Below, piece after piece: positions 49,101-59,289 of a stretch of DNA of 64,000 nucleotides. The notes beneath the pieces are model-generated. The model was not told where the DNA came from. It did no database searches and saw nothing but the letters and a program-made list of their open reading frames with translations. Origin of the DNA: Pelomyxa schiedti (Eukaryota > Protista > Evosea). Position 1 is the first letter of the stretch. Each line of letters opens with the position of its first letter. Made by a program: the position numbers and the translations under genes. The stretch is from positions 44,347 through 108,346 of the forward strand of contig JAHLWZ010000185.1 of assembly GCA_020536535.1 (NCBI GenBank). Direction: 5' to 3'.

Positions 49101-50219
49101 TCTGAGTTTTTGAGTCCGTCAATCAAAGATACAAACCTCAAAGGACCTTCCAGTATGAACACTTCCTGTACCATGGTTGAAAACTTTGAGGGCATACGAC
49201 TGATCCCTGAACAACCGAGGGTGTCCTTCCCCAATGCACTTCACCTCAAACTCAATCCCTGTCAATAAAATCATGCACTGCCACTTGGTTTTGTGTTTGG
49301 GGATATACCACTGCAGCCTTGTGAAATTGGCCTGACAAGCCTGAAATTCTGGTCCAAAATCCCGCTCCCCTTTGACTTTGGCACGTATTTGACTGTTGAC
49401 GAGTCACCAAGTATCGCAAAGAACTTGTCGCGGTCTCTTATCGCTTGTTGGAACTTCTTGTACAACCCAACACCAGCCCTCGTCGCTGACTCCGTACGAG
49501 TTCTCGAGGTGGTCGAGGCCAGAGTAGTCATCCAAGTTACTTGTTGGTGGTTGTTTAGCACTCTCCATTTTTGAAAAATACCCTGGTTAACGTGAAGCAG
49601 CTTCTTCACAACTTGGGAACTTATTTATTCGCGAAGGAATCGATAAAAATAATCAACAAAACCCTAAAATAATTTTTCGTTCAAGAATCTCAGATGATCA
49701 TCTGAAACTGACTTTGACCCGCAGTTCACCCACGAGACCCATGCCCATGGAGTAGCTCTCTGGGCCCCTCGTGACAGGCACCCATAGGTCGTGCACCTGC
49801 GCCTGGTCCAGCGAGTGCGGGTCGAGCTCCGCGACGCCCTGGAGCGACCAGAACGGCAGCGGCTCGTCCTTCTCGTACCCGCTGTGCTTGTCGCACAGCT
49901 CGAACTTTATCGGCAGCGACGCGTCCCGCGGCATCGGCACGTCTATCGACATCACGGGCTTCGTCGTGCCCGGCGACGTGGCTGCGGTCTTCGAGGCAGG
50001 TGCAGCTGCTTGCCTTTGTTTCCTTTTGCTCCCGTGTGATGATGTTGTTGTTGTGGTGGCGGTGGGCGGTTTGGGTGTAGAGGCAGTGCCTTGGGCTTGT
50101 GAGAGGCACAGGGGGACCCCACCAAGTCGGTCTCCGGTGTAGTCCTCGTTCACCAAGTTGGCCTCCATCACGTCGATGTGGACTATCGTGGCTGTTGGTG
50201 GTGGGGCTGCAGCTGACAT
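46164..50219 (-). CDS. C2 domain, protein kinase and Sel1-like repeat protein
   Basis: C2-like segment (VHIDVMEANL…IKFELCDK…GELRVKVSF). Kinase motifs HFDIKLSN, IDLG, HRAPE and LLQCDPEKR. Four to five Sel1 repeats (e.g. LGICYEQGLGGVDKDIDKAVSLYQRAADAG) at ~46380-46900. Confidence 0.85.
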
Positions 50220-50516
50220 CGAAAAGTCGGGTTTTCGTCAAACGCCTCTTCTGGTAACTGAAAATGATCCGATTGGTGGGGTCTGCGGCCGAACGGTACT
50301 TTTGTTGTCGGAGGGACATGCATCGAACCCCCGTTGTAAGTGATGCTGGTGCTGTCACCACATAAGAGAACACTCCGGAGATAGTGATTGATGATCTGAT
50401 CTTTTTTTTTCTTTTTTTTTCTGCGGGTTGAGTTGGCCAAGAAGGGGGCGGTACATTTTTTCGGTTCTTTGACAGCAATTACCGGCGCAATCAACAACCG
50501 ACGGCTGGGGGTGTTT

Positions 50517-53423
50517 ATGTCAGACACAATACAACCGCAATCAACAGCAACAACTGAACCAGATCTTGGTGTAGTAGCGGAGTGGCCACAACAGCAGCAG
50601 CAACAGCCGCAACAGTACCAAGACCCTGCGGCAATACAAATAAACGACTGCCTAAATGCCCCGCAGGGTCTCGAACTTGGCCCAGGCATCGGCCTAGATC
50701 TCGTAAGTAGCAGCAACAGCAGCAGCGATTTCGAAGATGACGACGACGGGGAGGAGGAAATCGCGGGTCACGGCGGCGAAAATGGCACATCATTCACGAC
50801 AACCACACAAACAATGTCATTACAACAACCAGTGGCAACGGAAGCACAAGCACAAACACAAGCAAACGCAAACACAACAGCAGAATTGCCAACGACCGCA
50901 ACACAAGCGGGACCAGCGAAGCCTGTGGAGGGAGGAGATATGGACAAGGCTAAGGCCAATGGGGAAGATTTTGTGGACTATGACGGAGGGTCTGGGAGCG
51001 ATAGTGACAGTGAAAGCGCAAGTGGGAGTGAGACCGGAAGCAGTGGATCAGACGGGGGCGAGTACGATGTGGCTGGTGCTGGAGTGGAAGAGGGGCCAGG
51101 GGTGGACGTGGATGTGGTTGCTATAGACAACTCTAACGGAGTAGGGGTACAAGGGGGTGGTGCAGTGGAGTATGGGGACATAAGGAAGCAGGCCATTGAG
51201 AGGAACAAGGAATTCCTGCGCACCATGGGGTACACTGTGAGTTTGTTTTTATTATGATATCTCTAGCCCCAAATCCTTTCCTTAAATCTTTTCTTCTCTT
51301 TTAATACCTTGTTACTTGAGCCGATTTTACTAAAACAGCTCAGACTACCAAGAGAGATAAGAGGAAAAGCAAAACTAAAAGAGGTGAAGCCGAGAGGTTG
51401 GCTGCACTACAACAAAAGACCATGACACCTACAAACACCCAAACACTCACTCCAACCGAAAATTCATTAATATCCCCTGACGGTACTATACCGACTATTG
51501 CACCCACATCCCCAACATCAGCAACTCAATCAACCGAGAATCTGCACCCTTTGCAAAACACTCCAAACACCCCTACCTTCAGCACACCCACAAATTTTGC
51601 TGTATCACAATCTGAATCTTTCTCTGCCGCTGCACCCTCACTCGAAACAAATGATTATCAAACATTTACTTCTAATCCTACTATATCCTCGCTCCTTGCA
51701 CAAACACTGCCTTCAGTGATATCATCAACTACCACGGTATCCTCAGTACCAGACGCCCCACCTCCTGAAGAACCTCGATATCCAAAAAGAGCTAGAAAGA
51801 TACAACATAAGTCTCTCTATCCTCCACTACCAATCATTTCTGTGGTGCGTTTCCTTTTCCACCATTGCCCAAGTAACTGCAAATAGAAAGCAACCAAGTG
51901 CCACTGGTGCCTGGGTCCATTGGAGTCAGGAAGATTTCAAAGATGTTCAACTTGCCCCTGCAAATTTTGCTCTTCTTGCTTTAACTCCAACTGGGAAGTT
52001 GTTTCAATGTAAATGCTGCCAATGTTTTGGATAAGTTATTTACTTCTCAAGAATGCCAGAATGGGTATGCCCTGTATGTGATGGCACATGTTCATGCCCA
52101 AGGTGCAGCAGTACCAAGCCAATGTGGTATGGTCATCTTGTTAGTGACGAAGTCTCCCAGAGGTATTCCTATTTCTTCCAATTTTGTCCAATTCTACCAG
52201 GATGCGTCTCCGATTGCAGCACCTGTTGGAAAAATTGATATCACTAAATCATGCAAAATTATTTTCTGAGCCTGTTGACACAAAAAAGTTTCCCGACTAC
52301 ACAGTAATCATCGACCGACCTATGGACCTCAAGTACTATCCTCTATTTATTATGACAAACGGTCATTAATCTCTCGTACCAGAACGATATCACAAAAACT
52401 GGAAAGAGGGGAATATTCCCTTGATACGGAGTTCGCAGATGATGTCAGACTTGTGTGGAGTAATGCCAGGAAATACAATGCACCCACTTCAATTGTCACT
52501 AAAATAGCTGCCAAATTTGCCGAGAAGTTTGAGGTGTGGTTTGATGAGATGCAACGTGCCGAAATTGCACATCAACATTTTGCTGCTGGTGGTGAAGGCG
52601 CTGTAGAGTTAAGTGCTGTCTGCTCTGTTGATGGTTACTTCTTTGTTCCAGTTGGCCGTATTATTTATCATACCACTAGAGCTCCTGAATCAGCACTACT
52701 CTCAGAGCCAACACGAACATGAAAGAGGTACCAAAAAAGAAAAAGAAGCAACCAGCCCTGTTAGTAGCGCCTCAAAGTCTTCCACCCACACCAAAACCTC
52801 TGCAACACATGCCAGTAGTGAAAGTCCTCCAGCAAAACACTATGGTGGTGGTAAAAGCTGGCCGCTCCCACCTCTTGATAGCCCCCCAGTTCTTCCAAAG
52901 AAGAGAGGCCCAAAGACAAAAGCGGAGCCATCAGATAACTACACTAGTGAGGATGCTGCATCGCCACCGCAAACAAAAAAGTCACGTGTATACTATGTTT
53001 CCGAATATAGCTACGGCAACCCTCACAAATCTGGCGCCACATCTTTGCTGGATCTGAGAAATGCTGGACTTCTGGCTGAGAATGAGATACTGACATATCC
53101 CTTCAAAGGCACGACTCATGTGGCCGATGTCATGCCGTCTGGAGACCTGAAAGATGTAAATCTCTCCTACTTGTAATTGTGTTGCCGCTCACATTAACAA
53201 AAGCGCGGAACTGAGAAACGATTTGCCACTCCAACAGCATGGACACGCTTTATCAATCACTATGGGTCAAGCCGGTTTAGATTCATTACCACCTCAGATG
53301 GGCGCTGTCTCTTTGACATCAAGAAGGAGTATGAGGAGAGGTACGCGATTTCCGTAAATTGATTCATCTAACATCTTACACAGCATGAAACCAAAAAGGA
53401 GGGACAAACCGAAGCGAGGCTAG
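50517..53423 (+). CDS. Chromatin protein with zf-4CXXC_R1-like finger, bromodomain and C-terminal RAMA-like domain
   Basis: Finger: CHWC…CSTC..KFCSSC…WVCPVCDGTCSCPRC. Bromodomain: FSEPVD…PDYTVII..PMDL…DVRLVWSNARKYN. RAMA-like: SLLDLRNAGLL…ADVMPSGDL…FATPTAW. Confidence 0.8.
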
Positions 53424-53580
53424 TCAGGAATTTCCGGACTAATACCTCAACCAACATTGCACTACGTTAAATACCACTAAAAGAGCACGAATTATTGTCC
53501 TACGAACCGGCATCTCTTATCTTAATGGTTTCTTATTTACCTTCTCTGAACGTTGGGGCCATTAATTAAAAAAAAAACCG

Positions 53581-54761
53581 ATGTCATCCGTAGTTCGTTG
53601 GGATCGCAGCGACGACACGGCGTGCCGTGGTTGGAAGGCGGTTGCAATTGCATTTCTCATGGTACGTGTGGTGCAAATTATGGGTTCTGTGGTGAATCCT
53701 CTACCTAACCCGTAACTTCTCCTTTTGTTGTCTCCACTTCAAGCCGTACCCAAAATTTTTGTTCTATAATGCTAGTGTATCCCTTGTGAGTTTGGATTCT
53801 TAATAAGATACGTTGTTGTTATTCTACAGGCAAGGAACAGGAGGACAGGAGCAAGGAGCCCAGCTCGATTCGTGCCCATTGATGTCATGCGCTCAATATT
53901 GCGTGACTTTGATTGTCACAGTGTTCTGCGCTCTTGTGTGGACTCTATTCTCAGTCTTGTTGTACCATCACCCAGAAGTATCACCGATAGGAGCATCACA
54001 AGCAACATTCGGGGTGCTGGAGTGTTGGTTATCGTGCCCGGGATTGGAGTGGAAATGAGCCCCGCTTCATATCCCATGCTGATTCAACTAATAAGGGTCA
54101 TTCACACTGTATCTCCAGAGACTGCCTTTGCTGTATGCATGCACTCTGTGGCAGGTACATAAACAAACCCACCCGTAATTCGGAAGCTTCAAAATTTAAT
54201 ATATAAATTTAAGCTCCGAATATAAACTTATTTATTCAAAATAGACGTGAATATTTAACAGACCAATCCCACTTGTATAACCTACTCGAACTTAGATTTC
54301 AAACAGGTTGTGTACCGTACAAAATACATGATGGATTTGTTGCAGCCCACCTGCCGGAGACCTGGCTGAGATCCGTGATTGAAACTAATGCAATCCTGGA
54401 ATCACACAAGCAGAGCGGCTACGCATTTGGCCCGGTTGTTGCCCTCGTAATCGGGGCCAATGACATTGTGAACCCGCGTGTCATGTGGGATGGAAAATGT
54501 ACTCTCAAAGGAATGCCTGTCTGTGAAGTGTGGAAGGCCACTTCTGTTCTCGTACTCACCAAGGATGTGAGTGATGGATCGGCCGGAATGCAGAACCCAC
54601 TTTTCAGTGGTTCCTTGGTGGAAACTGTGGCTGTTGATTCTGAGCTCAAAGCTCAAGTAGTAAAAGATGCCTCTAACTGCAAAGTTACAGTGATGAGTGG
54701 TGATGCCTCTCAAAGTCTACACAGTATTTTGCATATGTTACAATCCAGAGGTTTATTCTAA
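53581..54761 (+). CDS. Stand-alone NAD(P) transhydrogenase domain III (PntB C-terminal)-like protein with a short N-terminal helical module
   Basis: Three exons. Motifs VIVPGIG, HSVAG, ALVIGANDIVNP, GMPVCEVWKA, AGMQNPLF and GDA. No multi-pass membrane domain II and no dI. Confidence 0.82.
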
Positions 54762-54792
54762 AAAAAGTGTCTGGCTTCTTTTTTCCAAATTA

Positions 54793-57459
54793 TTATGGTG
54801 CCCCGTAGTTTTGTTGTGGGAGTTGTGGGTGAATGAGTATTTGTTGTGAGGTTATTGTTGGTGATGATTGGTTGTGGAGTTGTGGTTGTGTAGTGAAGGT
54901 TGTGTTGGGTGTTTGTAATGGTGGGGTGGGGTTATTTATAGTGACTGCCGAGTGTTGAGTTTGGATTGGTGTTTTGGGGTTTTTTGGTGAAGACTGGTGG
55001 AATAAGGTACACAAGTACTTATACCGGGCGCTTAATTCGTCGGCGGTCTTGGATACAACCCCCGAGAGCGAAAGTTCTAGCCAAGTTGACTGTAAATCAC
55101 CTTTTTGTCTGGCTGCCCTCACAATATGTTGGTCCTCGAGCTTGTGTGTGTGTTTTTTAGTGAAAAACGGGTTTGTGATGGTTTCACGTACTTTGGTCCA
55201 CATTACTAGTTTTCCACCGATAATGCAGTAGTTTTGAGGGAGTGAAACTGAGCGAGCTTGAAGATTTCCTCTACTCTGTGCCAAGGAGTTAAAATTTCAA
55301 AAAGGAACTGAACACCCACATAAAGTGATCTGTACCATGCACGCAAGTGTTCAACTGGCCGATGTGGAAGAAAATGTGTACAAATTGCAACCAAATCAAG
55401 TCCATGAGCTTGCAACCCTGCTAGAAAGGCCTATCACCTTTGGTAAGTGTAATCACAATGATACATAGTTATTTTACCAAATGTTCCTGTTCTGATAAAG
55501 GGGATGTTAAGATCATTTTTGCTTCCTACACTTCAAGGTACAAGAAATAAAACAGCGTAAGAAATAGTGAGATGCAAACTTTGGAATGAGGGCAATAAAC
55601 CTTCACAGGATTGTCTGGGGCATTTGCCGCTGTGAGATTTTTGAATCTGCACACAATTTGAGTTTTTGTCTTAGCGGGAAGTAGGTTTTCTTGAACAGTT
55701 GTCCAGCTATTGATGCCATACCAATGTACAGCATGTGCCAGTAATTTGTCTTCAGCAGCCGTGAAGTTTGATACTGCTATACTCGTGTAAATTGGTTTTT
55801 GTTTGGTTCAGTTTCAGTATGAAGAGTTAACCTTTTGGGACTGATTTGGGTGAAAGATTAGGGTCGAAGTATTGTGTCATAGTTTGCAGAATTTTAAGTG
55901 CACTCTCAGGGAGATTTGGTGATGCACGAATTTCGTTCAGTATTTCTCCCAATATATGCATCCCTGGAGTGGCCAGTGGTGCTAGGGAAACGTTAAATGA
56001 AAAATAGTGAATGTAAGTCACGCAACATTGCTGAGGAATAAAGCCGCAACGTAAATTGGAAGGAACCCAATTCATAAGCGAGTGCTTGAGTTTGAGGAGT
56101 TGGGAGGACTGTAGAAAAGCTTCGTGGAATTCAGTCTTGAGGGTTTGTGAGTACAACTTCAAGGTACGTTTGATCGAATACCAGTAAATTAAGTAGAGCA
56201 GCAGGGGTAGGAAGATCTCGAAACTCACTATGCAGTACAACGCACAAAACTTGGATCAAAAGTTGGAAGTGCTAGAAAATAGTCAGACAACCCAATTCAA
56301 AAACTGTGTGAATAGAAGATGCCTACCTGAGCGCATTGCAGTAGTAGTTCTTGGTACATTGAGACAGAAAGCTGCGGAGGTGGTGGTGCAGGAAGTGGGC
56401 GAGGAAGGAGCACAGGTGGTTCTGATGGGGGTTCAATAACTGGTGCCTTGGGTCTTCCACGCTTTTTTGGAGGGTTCTTATTCGTTTCATGGAGCAGAAC
56501 AGAAATCTCTCTGCCTTGCAGTGACAGTTATTTTTTTTTGGTTGCTAGTTTGATACGGAAAAAATACTGGACACAAGTCTGAAGTAGTCACTCTCGGCAT
56601 CATCCCCACTGGCCACAAAGTCCGGGTCATTGTCCTCCTCGTCGTGATCCATCATTATTCTCTGGCCACCATCGCCACCTCCAGAATTCTGCCGCGTCAA
56701 ATTCGCACCACTACTACTGTCAATTATTTGGGTGTTGGTTCCTCTCACCTGAATTTGTTGTTGTTGTTGCTGTTGTTGTTGCTGAGACTGAGAACCAACA
56801 ACAAAACCCCCCCCTCCACTAGAATTAGTCCCATAATTCTCGAGTGCGGTCGCCGTTCCCAATTGAGTATTCCCGGGATCACACGACATCCCCATAATGC
56901 CATTTGAGCCACCACTCACGTTCCTACCAACGTTCCCGCCCACGTTCCTAGTCGCAGCAGCAGCAGCAATCCCGGCGTTGCTCCCACAATTGAGGTTTGC
57001 CGCGCCACCACAGCCCAGTGCTGTAGTCGTCGTCCCGGAGGTCGCGCCCGGAGGCGGTGCCATCCCCGAAGCCGAAGAGACACACACACGAGAGGAATCA
57101 ATTGTGGGCTGGGCAACACCGCACGAGGAAGTCGACGACGATGACGTGGAGGTGGAGGTGGAGGTGGAGGTGGAGGTGGAGGTGGACGTGCACGTGCACG
57201 TGCTGGCGGCCTGGGCAGCCGGGGGGGGCCCGCGGCGCCCGCCCCTCCCGTCGCCGGCGCAGGGGGGCGTGGACTGGGCGAACATGTCGCGCAGGAACTG
57301 GTAGTACTCCTCACGCTGCTGCCGCCGCGTGGCCTCCTCGTCCTCTTCCTCCTCCTCCTCCTCGTCTTCCTCGTCGTCCTCCTCCGCTGTGTCCGACACC
57401 GCTGCCTCGCTCGCCCCCGTTTTCCGCCTTCCATTCCCTCGCCTCCCGCTCCCTTCCAT
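54793..57459 (-). CDS. GON4L/DUO3-like SANT/Myb-domain protein
   Basis: DEEDNDPDF, FTAAEDKLLA…LLPAKTKTQIVCRFKNL…APDNPVK, and a C-terminal WTKLEDQHIV…KTADELSARYKYLCTLF. Confidence 0.75.
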
Positions 57460-57686
57460 CGACTAATTGTTGCTTTTGTTTCGGCCCCTCAAAAAGCACA
57501 TACCTCTATTAATCCCACCAACAAACCCAAAAAACAAGTCCCTTGTGGGGGTGTTGCTTTGTGTGGTATGGCCCATATCTTGATGAACACACCTCAAACA
57601 ATGGCTTTGAGGTTTTGGCATTTTTTTTTCTTTTACTGTGACTTTGCAAAAAAGGAGCAGGTGGGGCTGGGCAACAATCATTGCTT

Positions 57687-59182
57687 TTAGGGGTCAGACT
57701 TGCCAGAGGGGATGGCATTCATAGCAGCAGAGGCCTTCCTTACGGGAGGTGGGAATGATGGTGGGGGTGGGAACACAGCAAGGATTATATTATCTGCTGG
57801 CCCACCATAACGAAGCCCAACTCGGGCAACTGCATACCTGTTTTAAATTGTTAATTCACTGGAAAACTGAACATGTGTTACAAACTTTCTGGCCTCATCG
57901 GAGGTTAGGTGATATTCTCTTATCAGAACTAACATGGCTTGCTCTAAATGGGAATTCTTTAGTTCCGGAAAGGAACAAGTGTGGGGGACACATACTGATA
58001 CATTCACCCCTTGCATGAGAACCAATTCCAATGCAAACAATTTGCCCATCGGGGAGCAGCAATCTTGGGGAAGGCAGCTTCACGTTCTTTCGTACTGTTA
58101 CTTTCACCACAACTTCTCCCGCGGCTTCCAAGCCGGCACCAAATGCCTCGCCTTGAAGGAAGAAAGTTAGAGGCAAAAAATCATCAGGGTCGGTACCTTG
58201 GCCCATTGCGGCATGAAGATCGCCAATGTACAGAAGGGCACCAGGAACCTTTTAGCTGGTTTCTTTTTAATCTGATCTTGGGAGCTTACAAAGACAGGCA
58301 GAGATACAAGGCAACCAGGTCCGATTTCTCTCAGATCCATATTTCCTCCATTAGGATAGCATGGTGCTAGAGTTGACTGTGGGAATGTTGTGTTTGCAGT
58401 AGCAATACAGCCAATCATTGGGTCAACAGGAATGGAGAGGCGTTCTGATAGCATTATCTGCCAGAAAAAAAAGGGGTTTGTCATAAAACACAATATTTTG
58501 TTGTGATCAATACCTGACCATCAGATGTAACTGTGCATGGGCTAACATTATCCTCGTTCGTATTGGCGTGCCAAGCTGATGTCACCTGGGAATAGCTGAG
58601 TCTTAAAAAGCACCACCTTTAGAAAAAAGAGTGGTTCCCGCTTTCTCTACCTGTATACTAATAATTTGTACATCCAATGCGTCTCCCGCCTCTGCTCCCT
58701 CAACATACAGGGGTCCAGTGACTCGGTTCACTGCCTCCATACACAATTCTCCCTATTCAACGCCAATCAGCAAAGAAAAATGACTCCGAACAAATTCTTC
58801 CATTTTATGTTAAGTGAATTGACGAAAAAAAATAAAATCAAATAAAAAGAGTCAACCGTGCACATACCGATTCGAACCACTCCTGGTACGAAAAGTCGTT
58901 GGTCTCGAACATCACCGTGGATCCGCTCGGCACTCTGGCAATCGGCTTATCCGAACGATCAAAAGTCGAAGTGCAGCACGATTTGCTCAGTCTTGCCGCC
59001 AAGTCCCCATCCCCATTCCCATTCCCAGTCCCAGTCCCAGAGGCCGTCGTAGTCGTATTCGACACCGCAGATGCCGACGAGCCCGCAGACGACGAGGCCG
59101 ACGAAGTGACTGGGGCAGATGACGCGGTTGTGCCAGCCGACGCCGAGTCGGTTGTTGTCCGTTCGGGCAAAGCCGTGCTCAT
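57687..59182 (-). CDS. Acetamidase/formamidase (FmdA/AmdA) family protein
   Basis: VMFETND, VTGPLYVEGAEAGDAL, PMIGCIATA, GGNMD, LYIGDLHAAMGQGE, GLEAAG and RVGLRYGGPA. Confidence 0.9.
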
Positions 59183-59289
59183 CGTCGATCAACGAGTGAA
59201 AAGGTTTCCGGTTTGGGATAGACAAGAATGGGGTCCTGGCTTGCGCCGCGGACAGTGAGTCCAAAAAAAATCCAATAAAATTTTGTTGT

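Noticed and set aside
59225-59252. Weak hairpin as the Helitron 3' terminus
   Set aside because: The stem is imperfect and no CTRR follows at the expected distance.
59261-59280. aaaaaaaatcca as an inverted partner of tggattttttttt at ~62398 (possible subterminal inverted repeat)
   Set aside because: It is low complexity, and similar aatcca/ccaat motifs occur in other intergenic regions (~13981, ~30660, ~30885).
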